From: Daphnia carinata
Lineage: Eukaryota
Direction: 5' to 3'
Assembly: GCF_022539665.2 (NCBI RefSeq)
Contig: NC_081333.1
Coordinates: forward strand, 4,836,001-4,900,000
DNA: 64,000 bases
Below, in pieces: positions 1 through 11,869 of this stretch. The translations under genes were made by a program, and so were the position numbers. The notes below the pieces were generated by a model. The model was given only the letters and a program-made list of their open reading frames with translations, ran no database searches and was not told where the DNA came from. The first letter of the stretch is position 1. Each line of letters opens with the position of its first letter.

Positions 1-212
1 ATTTAAATGATGCCGCTTTGATGCCGATTTCGTGCCTAAAACGTGTGTCGGCTCTCTCCGTCATCTGCGGAAGGTTTCGAGTGACGAAATGGTACCCTTT
101 GCATACCCGGCTTGAGGATGCCTTAGGTATCCTGCAAACGGATACCATTTTGGTGCCTGAAATAGGTGTGGGCACCTTTCGGGAACCGAAACGGCACCGT
201 GTGCTAATAGGG
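1..212. mobile_element. Right end of EnSpm/CACTA-like (CCCTA-terminal) DNA transposon A, truncated by the window edge
   Basis: Ends in GTGTGCTAATAGGG (reverse complement CCCTATTAGCACAC), nearly identical to the TIRs at 1374/4084. Preceded by many short GGTACC/GGCACC/GGATACC/GATGCC subterminal motifs. Interrupts the THAP9-like frame immediately after DVLNGRFCKE. Confidence 0.7.
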
Positions 213-1373
213 GCTCTTTGCAAAAGCGTCCATTCAGGACGTCATAGGTATCATCCAACAGTTTCGTTAACCTTTTGGTTGTATTTGAATCTGAAACAAA
301 GGTTCGAAATTAACGAAACACATTGCTATAATTATTCCTATTACCATAGCTGAAAGTATCGGTTACCGGCAAACAGTGCTTTAGTTTTCTTCTCCACGGG
401 GAACTCGACAGTCAGACCGCGATTCAAATATAATCCAAGTGCGTTGGTGTTTGAAAACAATTGTGCTGCCAATAGAAGATTCATTTTTTGAAAATTATTC
501 GGATGTAGCATGTCATTAGTAAGCCGACAACACGCTATAAGTTTTTTCCTCTTTGGAAACCGAGCAAATCTTCATAGGATTTACAGCCACTTCAGAAACT
601 TGAAACTGCTAATAAATAAAACGTCATTTATATGCTTGGCAGTTATGAGCAAATATATATAATACGTTTGTATATATAATTACCTGCAGAATTCTATGCT
701 TCTCCGTATGGTAGCCTGTGCGTTCAAGAAGGTGTGGGACATCGGTTAACCAGTGAATTCAGATTTTATCATACATTGGATGAGTTTTGGCATTATCACC
801 GTCTTTGTCACCACAAATACCAAAATTACCCATAGCTGATTTGTTGGTAAAAACAACATCATAAACAGTAGCTATGGCAATTGCACCGGTTCGGTCATAA
901 AGACAAGAATTCTTTTCATTATGAGCTCAATCAGAACCATTCCTGGAGCAGCGCCCTTGGTGCCGAAACATGCGAATGGCTGAATGCACGAACCAAGCAG
1001 AGGTCGATCAACAAAAATTAAAACATGATCGGCTATGCCATTTGGAACCCGTGATGGTTCATTCATCCACATAATCTACCATTCCTTTCCATTTCAGAGT
1101 TCTTGTATCAAATCTAATGTCCTTCGTAATGGCAATCTCGCCCCACATAATAACGACCCATAGTTTATGCTCTTCTTTGCCTTGTTAAGCGAATATATGT
1201 TCGATGGGCTCCAAGGCTCTCTGCTAGAGATTTCCAACGAAATTGACATTCTGAAGAGCTGAACAACCGTCTATTGGTTGACGGATAGGGAAACGGTAGC
1301 AATTCATTGTCCCTAATATGGATGTAAACCTTATTGCTCTTTATTTTTAATATCACGCATTGAAGAAGGACAG

Positions 1374-4084
1374 CCCTACTAGCACTCGGCCGTCACAGGG
1401 ACATCCTTATGATGTCTTTCGCATCCGAGCTGGATATCCTTTTAGATGTCGCCTCTTAGGGACATCGCAACAAGGATGTCCAATGATATCAATCTTCTGA
1501 GATCCCTTGTCGGTTCACATATGGATGTCCCCGAAATGTCCATGTACGGATATCCCTGTAACTTCCCGACGAAGCAAAATAAGGATATCGCGCGTACTTT
1601 TATGGACATTATTCGGACGTAGCAAGGACCCTCAAATATTATTAATTAAACGAATAATAAATAAATGTAATGAAACATTTTTTTATTCAGTTATTTTTTT
1701 GCTGCGTTGAAGACATACAATCAATGTTACTCCAGCTTGATGGTAACTGAAAGCAAAGTACACACAACTACCTGTGAACACTAAATCACGGTGTCACCTG
1801 TCTTCTTAGTTTCATGACTAAATTTGAAATTTAAAAAGCATATAGCATGCAAGCACTGTATAAATTCTGCAGTGTTCCAATGTCTTAAAAGAAGAGTGGT
1901 CTCAGCGTACTAGAAAACCTATAAAGAAGGAAAGTATTACTAACTTGTTTACCTTTCAATGAATGAACATATTTCTCAAAACCAGGAGACGCAGAAGCAA
2001 AGTTATCAAGACAGAGACCGAGTAATTTTACCCAAGAATGCGTGTAAGAACCTGTGCACAGAACCGAACTTGCTGATTAACAAGCAGTGAATCCACAAAC
2101 CTATAAAAAATGAAAAATGAATGGCCATTACTACACATTATCGACAAATAATTGCACTTGAAATTTTTAATTTACATTTGGTATTTACTTCTCAGACATT
2201 GAAGAATGACTTCAAATTTTAACAATAACAAGGTAATACTACTTACGTTGCAACGAACTAAAACTAAGCACTTGCCAAAAACGAGAGCAGAATACAGTGG
2301 ACATTGGGGTATTGCGATGCCTCGATAGCAATAATGTCCCCAATGACTGTTTTCATTGTAGCCTACCCGATGAAAACAGATTATCTTACGACATTGCTTG
2401 GATGAATCAGAAAATATTTCCAGCTAAATAATATAACTTTAATATGAAGTTTTTATGTATAATTGAAGAAGTATTTATTTGTTAAAATGCACTGTGCTGT
2501 GTTCAAACAAATTATTAATAGAAAAATACTATCTGTTGATTTTACGTAGTGATGGCAACGCCATGCTAATCACGTCATTTGACAGACAATTTTGTGACAG
2601 ATCAGTAGCATTGCAAGTCCTATATAAGCTTATTAGTATTCTATCATGACTGATTGTCCTGTAAAATTCCGTGTAGAAAAACCGTGTGTTCAATCTTTAC
2701 CTGGGGTTCGGAAAAAACACTGTTTGTAGTAAAACGACAAAGTCGAAGGAGGATCGACATCTGCATTGCAAAGTTCAATAGAAGAAACGAGATGAAAAAT
2801 GATGTCAGTGATGAAGGCGTAGAACTGAACAGGTTAGTATGTTATAGGATGTGTCTGTATTGAATTTCCATTAATGTATCTCTTGTTGCAGTGCTGTTGT
2901 GCCACTTCCCATTGCCACAAATCCATCAATCCTATAAACCTTCTTTGTCCCATAGACGGTACAAACACTTAATGTTACTGCACGTTGGCGTAAAATTCTT
3001 AGTAAATAGTAATACGTGTAAAATTAATGCACCAAACGCAGAGAAAATGTTAAGACAATACGTGATCGCAAGAGCCATGGTGCCAAGTTTGTTATCTTCA
3101 ACGTGCACAGCCCCATTCATATCGCAAACGATGTACTAAAACAAACCTGTCTTGAAGACTTTAGCGCTTTCCCCTTTAAGAACAACCTTCAGAAAATCAA
3201 AAACTTATTGAGGAAAAGCGGCAAACCTTTGCAACAAATTGTGCGGCGCTTAGACGAAATTAACAGGTCAAATTCGAAGAGAGATTGTTTGCATTCTAGT
3301 AACGGACCCCAGTTAATAGGGTTGCATTTCTCAGGTCCATTGTTACCTCATCACCAATTTACATCCGTGGAACAATATAAAAAACTAATTTCAAAAACTC
3401 GCTGTTGACGACCTCTACTTCTGATAATTGCTTTTTCGTGATAGAAGAGTAATACCAAATTGTTGTGAAAGAAAATTTTGTAAAATGTCATGGGCAATTC
3501 TATGTATTGGGAAAAAGTTATTTAGAGCTAAATGATATGTACATATACCTGTTGCCGTTATCGGCCATACACGAACATTTGGCATCTCAGTTGTCACCTA
3601 ATCTCGAGGCATTTCGCTTGATTGACGTGCTTTGGAAAGCCGTTCGTATACCAACTAGCATTTCAGAGAACGGATTCTTCTTTATATGCCCCCTCTTGAA
3701 TCACAGTGTTTTTTAATTGTATCGTGATTGCTGGCTATGTCTGAATAATAAACTGCCTTAATGATGCATTATAAGCCTCTTTCCATTATTAGTCCCTCTA
3801 TAAGAAAACACACGTCCGGTTTTTGACATCCTTTGGATGTGGGCATTGTTATTTTTGCGGTACCTCCTCGTTTGGACATCCGCTGTATATCCCATTGTGA
3901 GACCACTACCCGAAAGACAATTTCATCTCCTTGTCGGGTATTTCTGAGATGTCCGGCTAAGGATGTTCAAACGACGTACCATTAGTTACGTCCCCAGGAT
4001 GTGTCAATGGCGTCGAAAGACGACGGACCTAAATCGGATATACTAACGTCTCTATGATATCTCCGACAAAGTGTGGTAGTAGGG
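1374..4084 (+). mobile_element. EnSpm/CACTA-like DNA transposon B (2711 bp, defective)
   Basis: TIRs CCCTACTAGCAC...GTGTGGTAGTAGGG with 2-bp TSD AG (1372-1373 and 4085-4086). Dense GGAYRTCC subterminal repeats at ~1395-1630 and ~3820-4065. Internal transposase remnant. Confidence 0.85.
2930..3716 (+). pseudogene. C-terminal remnant of EnSpm/CACTA-type transposase
   Basis: HIANDVLKQTCLEDFSAFPFKNNLQKIKNLLRKSGKPLQQIVRRLDE resembles the H..D...GPL..FSAFPFEN.L..LK..VR...PLQQ..RR motif of animal EnSpm transposases (recognised from memory). Broken by frameshifts. Confidence 0.7.
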
Positions 4085-4649
4085 AGAATGCTCACATCTC
4101 ATAGCCTTCCTTTGTGTATTAATTCTGTTGATGAAAACTCTCCGCAAGATGTTTTAACGAGATATTCTTGTCATTGCAGTAATGCAGAACTTTCTGGCAG
4201 TTATGAACTTGCACTGTCTTCAAAACATTTTACCGTCAAGTAACGTATCTGGGTTAATGCACATAATTGTTTGATTCCGGCTATTAACTACCACATCCAT
4301 CCATGCCATCATTTCGTAATTGACCAAAGTGCCGGTGATTAGTATGTGGGAAAATTTGTCTTTAACATTGCATTTGTAGATTCTTTGGTACAGTGCTGGT
4401 GCAGTGGTTCTATAACCAGGCGCTTGATCCCAGAGCCACCTATCGTCGATTCCTTCATTACCCAAACTTTGACGGCCTGCGAATCTAAATACGAATAACA
4501 CAGTGGTAATGCTGTTCGAGATAGAATTAGAAATATGAGGTGCTGGAAGATGAGAATGAGTTTTGGCAGTTACCAAAAGAGAATTTAATGTTTTAAGAAT
4601 TCCTCCACTTCCAGTTACCCAAACGAGGTAAAAAATCTTTTAATACTAT

Positions 4650-4948
4650 TGTGGCGCCAATGGACTTTGTCGCCTATCGCATGATGATAGGCGATCTGCA
4701 AGTCAGGCGTTGGCTAGCATTGCCGCTCTGTCCGGATGTCGGGAGCCTTAAAAGCCCGACTCTGACAAACCAGAGTGGTAGTTGGTAGTCAGTAGTTAGT
4801 TAGTTAAGTAGTGAAACAGTAGTCAAGTAGACGTTAATCGAGCTGCTGTGTCACAGTTGTCACATAGTCGATTGAGTTGTCACCTGTGTTTAGTGCTGTG
4901 TCTCGTGAGCGTGTCTAATAAACAAACCTTTAACCCAAAGTCGTTACA
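4650..4948 (+). mobile_element. Solo LTR of an LTR retrotransposon (299 bp)
   Basis: TG...CA ends (TGTGGCG...CGTTACA, imperfect inverted repeat). Flanked by CTAT/CTAC (4-bp TSD with one mismatch). Internal TTAAAAG TATA-like box (~4748) and AATAAA (~4917). No internal coding region. Confidence 0.65.
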
Positions 4949-5205
4949 CTACGAAATGGAGAGCCATATTACCATGAATTAAGAAATGTTTCTGGGATTG
5001 CATCCGTTCTAAGTCTCCAAATTTTCTAGGGATGTAAAACATTTAATATATTGACTGCATTTACTGCGTCGGTTCTCATCAAAATGACGACTGCATACAT
5101 CAGATGTTTTCAACAATCGACTTATTGGCATAGCGACTTGCCACCTGCTAACGGACGACTTTGGAACTATGAAGAAAGTTACTCCATTTTCCTTCGAATT
5201 TCCTT

Positions 5206-6934
5206 CCCTATTAGAACAACATATCTTACTCCTATCTTTAAGATATATATATGTCTAGCCGATGTATTTAGTTCTCTAAGATATCTATTGTATATCAAAA
5301 AACCATATCAATTTTATATGTCTTTATACATATCTACCAGCTAACTGCTAGATATATTATAGTGCCGGTCACTCTTGCGGTAATTACCTAACTTATTCTA
5401 TAATTATAGAAGATACATCGTCTCCTGTGCATATGCCAAGTCAACAATCGTTTCAACCTGGTAATAATGATATTATTTACTTCTTAATTTTTGGTTCAGT
5501 TACTGTTGTCTTGTCTATTATATCGTGTTTTTGTTCGCCGTTACTTTTCGGATTAAATGTGCAGTGCACTCCTTCTATAATTACCTTACTCTCCTTATTC
5601 TATAATTACAGAAGATTCGTCGTCTCCTGTGGATATGCAAATTCAACAGTCGATTCAGTCTGGTAATGTTAATTCTAGTTTAATGCTAAACCTTTTTTTT
5701 TCAAAATATTCTTGTGCATTAAATAGGTAATTCCGACGACTCATATGGAACCCACCAGTTCGGTAATCATAAAAAATACCTTTCTTTCATCAACCTCTTT
5801 TTCAACACTGTTTTACATATTTTTCTTTATTTTGTTTATTGTGAACATATCTGGCGAGATTCTACATCCCGAGATTCTTCGTCTTATTATGCTACGGATT
5901 CTCCATCGTCTCTTCCCATTCCAAAGAAAGTCAATCACGACAAAGAGAAATAGCCTACTTCTCTGACCTTGCCAAGATTAATGAAAAGTTGTTTATGATC
6001 GATAAAAAAATTAATCCAGTTGACGAATGCATTGAGGAAATAGATGAAGGCATTGCTTCTCTTCCATTAAAAAACGTAGAAGAATTGGAAGCATTCAAAA
6101 AAATTTTGAAAAAAGATGAAAATCTGAAGAAGCTAGTAAGTTTTCAATAATTTATATATTTCATTTAGTATGTTAAACTCCTCTTTCATACATGAATAGA
6201 TAGTCCGAAAAATCCGTCTTTTAGGAAAAATGAATTCCAAAAATTCTGAAGGCGACTATGTACAAAGAGCGCGGAGAACAGTATTTGAAGATTCACTCTC
6301 TAAGGATGTAAATTGGCTTGGGAGACGTGATAAGAGAGTAAACGGCGGAATGGGAAAAAAAGGAATCCACTCTTGTCGTATAACGGAATTAGTAAGAGGT
6401 AACCATTTTATACAGAGAAGAGATATAAGTAGTTAGAGTAAAATAAGTAGTTAAATAAAAATATTTTATATTTATTTGGAATCATCTCCAATTCAAAGTT
6501 TAAAGATCTGGAAAAAGAAGTGTTCGTCGCTGAAACCAAATCGTATCTTAATAATGCAAAAGGGCATTTTGTGGCAGAACAAGCGAAACTTGCGGCGGAA
6601 GACAACAGCAGCGATTCTAATTAATAATAAGACTTGAATGTCTTCTTGTGTTTCTTTGCCGATTGTAATTCGGATTTTGAAAATAAACTGTCTTTAAAAA
6701 ATGTATTCTTTTTTTTGTATTTACTATTTATTTTAGAGCGATAAGTTCCCTATACAGTTATCTAGAAAGTGGCTTTTAGGATATTCGTAAGATATATAAA
6801 CAAGATATCTCCACCCCATGACATTTAGCTAGTACAAAGCTAGTACAAAGATAGTAGAAAGATATCTAAGATCTATTTGCCATAGATGTATCGCCATCTT
6901 TAAGATTGTGTGAAGACATCTTGTTCTACTAGGG
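5206..6934 (+). mobile_element. EnSpm/CACTA-like DNA transposon C (1729 bp, non-autonomous)
   Basis: TIRs CCCTATTAGAACAACATATCTT / AAGACATCTTGTTCTACTAGGG with 2-bp TSD TT. AGATATCT/TAGATAT-type subterminal repeats at both ends. Confidence 0.85.
5410..6623 (+). pseudogene. Spliced accessory-gene remnant inside element C (DUF4806-like C-terminus suspected)
   Basis: Exon-like segments with GT-AG ends: LAKINEKLFMIDKKINPVDECIEEIDEGIASLPLKNVEELEAFKKIL, VRKIRLLG...RTVFEDSLSKDVNWLGRRDKR, FKDLEKEVFVAETKSYLNNAK. The LP....EL..F and NW.GR pattern resembles DUF4806 proteins (from memory, needs an HMM search). Confidence 0.5.
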
Positions 6935-9900
6935 TTTGAATAAATTTCACCACAGCCACTTACCTGACATCGATTCCCGGATGCAGCCATATTCACATGT
7001 TCATCTAAATAGTGGACACCATTATCGTCGGGATATATCTAGATCTACTCAATAGATAGTTTTTATCACAGCCAGATTCTCCCACAAAAACGGTGAAACT
7101 TTAACGAGGAGCAACCAGCTTTCTATCATTCTGATTGAAACAAGAAGTTGTAATTGCCCCGGTTTTCACGGAATTTTATTGTTTATAGCATACAGAAAGT
7201 CGTGTTCGGGGCTTAAACCAGTTCTAGGAGAAAGGTAAAACTGGGTACTGACATGACAGTTATAAAATTAATAATAAAATACGAAGAACACATTTCACGT
7301 GTGCCGCGCGAAATCTTAGCGCCGGTAGTAAGCTGTATCTCAGGTAACGCCGATGCCAAGCCCTATCAGTGATGCATTAAATGATGTATTCGGTTTTTGC
7401 TTTTCTCAAATGTCGGTTGAACATGATTGAACAACATTTCAAAAAATTGGAACGTTAATAATCACTTTTACTTTTGCAGCAAAGAATGGCATGAGAATAG
7501 ATTTTATGTCGAAAACCCACTTGCCAAAAGACGAGATATTCGATCTTTTCCATAAAGGTCAAATAATAATTAAATTTATAATGTTTATTATTTGCCTCTT
7601 TCAACGAGTTTCATTACAAGAATCCAAGATGGGAAAAAGCAGAAGCAATCATCCAGTGTCTACCTCTGCATGAACTATACCTACACATACAACCGAAGAG
7701 AAAAAAAAAACGCGCCTACAAACCAACCCGTAACAGTACAACTTGATTTACCCAAAGTAAGTCTTGAAAATATCATCTAGACCTACGTAGACGAGGCAGT
7801 ATTTTTTTTTTGTCACATATGTGACTCCAGCTATTCGCCGCTTCTTGTGTCAAAAAGGTCTCCGTTCAGCCACGGCGATTAATTATGACTACGCGGATTT
7901 GATGCAGACACTAAGTTACCACAACAACATCGACGGGAATCTTCTTGTCACGCTTGTCTCCTGCACGGAAATATGCAGCGCCGCTGTGGAAGAAACGAGA
8001 TCTGCCATATAAATCTCCGGGCATTAAAATTAAACTGGTCGCTCAATTTCATAATTTTGATAAAAGTTTGCCAAAGCCTTGGTGATAACATAGTGCCACT
8101 GACGTGGAAACTGTTTACACACGCCTCATGGGTGGTCATCAACACACAATCGATGGCAGGCTTTTTTCTGTACTAGTGGCACCTACGAGGAACATGCCGC
8201 CTTCGGCCTAAGTCTGGTGCTTGATAGTTGTCTTGTAAGACATGTTGGTCACCCTCTTCGAAGTTTTTTCATCCATGAAAAACACTTCTCAACCTCAACG
8301 GACTTAGATGTCTTCATCAACTTGAAGAACATCATAGAAGAACAGAATATCATGAAAATTATCTCGCAAACGGTGCTTCGCAAAGGACTGACGCGTTAGT
8401 GCTGAAAGACTGCTATGGAAGGCAGGAACTACACTTGCCACAGGAGGTTTACCAAAGATTTCGAGCATTGGAAAATGTATCTACAGTCGAGAGTAGATCT
8501 ACTCGTTATCATAAACGCAAAGGCCGCAGCTAAAAAAATTCAAGATGTCCTAATGCCATCGGTAATTTTGTGAAATTCGCGATAGAGATTCATACAAACT
8601 AATACTCTTCCGAATGTAAGATGAGCGTTTTTAACCAATTGCTTAATACACTTCGGTGTGACAACGTAAGGGTTAATTCAAAAATTTTTAAAAGTTAGAT
8701 TTTACTCAAAATTACTCTGTCGCAGGTTTTGTCCTCAAGTATACATTTCTATGTACTACGTTGCTTATTCAATCGACTCATCGTAAATAGTTATGCTTCG
8801 TGTTTGTAAGTGTTTACCTAATTCTAAAATCCATCCTCATCCATTTCTCCTTTCAGGAATTTGCATAATATATGCTAATTGGGATGTTCTTCGAACATAC
8901 CAATGCCTTGAGTACTGTACTGTAAGTATCTTATTTTAGTGGGTCAAAAAAGGAAAAACAATGGCACCATTATTTCAAAACTCTGTATACCCTAACGAGC
9001 TAGAGGTCCGTTTATTCTGCTTATGTTGGCAACATATTACATGAACCATATACTTATAGTAAGATCAGGCAAGGATGGCGTTATGGTATATTTTTGAATC
9101 CAAAATCAGTGCTAAAAAAAGTCAAGCAACTTACATTACATTACATTACTTACAGCTGGCTAACATTCCACTTTAATTTTAACGGTAATTAAGCATCTGT
9201 TTAATTACCTGTTTAAGTTGTTATTTTATTTAATATTGTTGTAATTATCAGTTTAATCTGTTTGAGTGTATCTGATAAAATGCCCGAAGAATTTCCGCGT
9301 TGAAAGAGTAACCTTGTCCGTGAGGATTGCAATCAAAATAAATTTTAAGCAAAATGGCTATTTAACAGTCATCTTTTTCCACCCGTCTATTCATTCGCTC
9401 ACGACATCCGCCGCCGTAAGAGCCCGTATAAAAAAGGTCGAAAAACAGCGGGTGTTTGGACACTAAGAGCCTTACTGTAAACATTACTTCTTTTGATTTA
9501 CAACAATTGGTTCCGTTCGTGCAAATTCTCGTATCCAGATGGAAGAAAAACAGGATGATGACATTCAATTCTACATTCCCGAGTGGTTAACCCATTCACA
9601 GGAGAGGTGCAACCGAAAAGGTTTCTCCTCTGAGTTACGAAGCTGAGTAAAGTAAACACGAATAACTTTTTACTTAGTCCATTTTAACAATGTTAATTTA
9701 GCGTAGGTTTGTTATGGCGTTTTGAAGAGTGCAGCCTACACTATTCTGTTATAACAAAAAACTAAAGTCATATATATAGTGACAAATAAATATATTGCCT
9801 GACAATGTTCATTTTGTGTTTATTTTTATTTTAAATTAGGGCTTGTAATTCATACATAATATTTCAAAGTAGAAAAAAGGGAAGATGCAAATTTGATACA

Positions 9901-10729
9901 GCAGTGGACGGGAGGTCCGCTGGAGTTCGTGAGGAATGATACCGGAAGCTCACAGAGATCCATTTTCGAAGGACTCTAGCGATTCCTTGAAACGTCCCAT
10001 CTCTCCCGCAGAATACAGGATCTTCTACGGCATGTTTTGTGCCATCTGGGTCGTGAATAATGCGATTTGCATTGTTTTAAATATACAGTTTTCGGAAGAA
10101 TTCCAAAGGAAAAAAATTCTAAACAACAATTATTATTATTAATTGTTTTATTTACATCAACAATAGGCCACAGAACAAAAAGTGACGAAAATATGGTACG
10201 GATTGTTCTACGAGGACGTTTTTTTTACTGGGATTTCTTAATGTAAGTTTCTCCAGAACAGCAAAAACCTTTAATGGCATTCTCATCTTGGATTAGAAAG
10301 GTGATTTATTCACGAAATTGTGTTTTCGTTTCAGCGAATCGACACTTGAAAACATCGAAAGTGCCCCCAAAAAACATTGGAAAGCAGGACCTATCTAGAT
10401 ATGATTGTTTAGTGTGGGACGTGGTACACTAAGTGGAAAAGTGTAAAGTTGGATCCCTGACCTCACGTTTGCAATGGTGTTGCGAATTATATACCTGATT
10501 TTCCTGATTTGCCGATTTCTTCGCGGACCATGCTCTCGCTCTTGTTTTCGCCGATACAACCTGCTCTCGATATAGCTCTTCGTTTTTTTTTGGCTCTAAT
10601 GGAGATGCACGTACTTCCGTTATCGGGTTATGAAAAAAACCGTCACGTTATTGTACCTAAAAGGACGAATCGTGAAGAACGTAGTTTGAGATCGACACCA
10701 ATCAAACAAAGACGCCAAAAAACTACGTG

Positions 10730-11420
10730 ACTGTGATTATTATTACTAACTATGACAATGCCAAGCAACAGACTGGTATGAAACCATATTTCCTCTATCA
10801 AATGGATCCTAATATAAGAAATTGGCGCTTCTTCGACGTTCCGCGTTTATTAAAATGCGTTCGGAATCACCAGTTAGCTCACCCCTGTCAGGTATTTAAT
10901 ATAATTTCATTGTAATTTTAATTATAAAAACATATATTCAAGTTTATATAAATGAATTCCTTTCCTTAGTGTGCGTCAGAAATAGTAGACTTCAAGAATT
11001 ACGAACTACTCTACGACCTGGAAGGGCACAACGCTCGCGACTATGCTTCCTACTAACAAAAGAACGTCTTAAGCAAAACAACTGGCAAAAGACACGTTGC
11101 TCTGGCATTCAAACTTTACAGCAAAACCAGAAACTGCAACAGATTTTAAATATAAAATACAATTTTAAAAATTATTTTTATCTGTTTATATTTAATATGT
11201 ATTAAAACATAAATTTACAATTTTTAGATGCTGCGCGGACTCGGAGAATACCATTTCGCTTAAATGATTGTTTTGATATTCTCAAAAGTCGGTTCCCCAA
11301 AGATAGTATAAGCAAATCATATTGGCTAACGAAGAAACATAAGCTACAGAAAATGTTACATGTAATAGACATTACTGAAAAAATTTCTAATGATCCAGAG
11401 CGTGACCGAAATGAACTGCG
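10730..11420 (+). mobile_element. Second P-element/THAP9-type transposase remnant
   Basis: MDPNIRNWRFFDVPRLLKCVRNH (10800-10870), LTKERLKQNNWQK (~11050-11090) and LNDCFDILKSRFPKD (~11260-11305) match THAP9-type motifs DVPHLxKxxRN, LTxxHxxPxxxxKM and NDxFDxLNSR. Frameshifted, with short introns. Confidence 0.7.
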
Positions 11421-11466
11421 GGCATCAAATTCGTGTCTTATACTAGTTTGGTTGCTTGGCGACTAG

Positions 11467-11823
11467 CAGACTTGCCGCTCCGATCGGTTTTTTATCTTTA
11501 TCGAGCCACCCGATCGATCCCTCGTGAACCGCTCACCGATCGAATTTTGCCATTCGTGTTTTTCCTACATTTCTGGACGTCATCTAGTATTGGAAATTTT
11601 CACCGTTTAATTAATTCAGGATTTTTTAAATAAGAGTGAACACTAAACAGTATCTGTCGTTTGGCATTCTACAGCAATAGTAGTAAAATACTTACATGCG
11701 ACTATGACATTAATCGCTAGATGGCAAGAAGTTTGATCGTTAAAATGATCGCATCGCATCAATTTTTTGGATCGCCGATCAATCTCAAATAATCGAATCG
11801 GTGATCAATTTTGAGATTCAAGT
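11467..11823. mobile_element. Degenerate copy of the CAGACTTG hAT-like MITE
   Basis: Starts CAGACTTGCCGC and carries GATCG-rich subterminal repeats shared with 18034-18776. Right end eroded, no TSD seen. Confidence 0.55.
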
Positions 11824-11869
11824 AGTATATTTAATAGCATAACTGTTAAACACTTATACTACTGACCGT

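Larger units (their letters stand above)
213..7010 (-). mobile_element. Decayed P-element/THAP9-type transposase gene (THAP domain plus transposase), split by nested insertions
   Basis: Minus-strand fragments in expected order. THAP-like: CEYGC (6964-7005), then GVTFFIVPK..W..DVCSRHFDE..WRLRTDAIP (~5000-5202). Transposase-like: AMRCEHS/VLLQCVILKIKSNKVYIHIRDNELLPFP (4087+ joined to 1373-), IADHVLIFVDRPLLGSCIQPFACFGTKGAAPG (872-1072), DVPHLLE (~720-745), RLTNDMLHPNNFQKMNLLLAAQLFS (~450-530), DDTYDVLNGRF (215-258). Stops and frameshifts present; element termini not identified. Confidence 0.8.
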
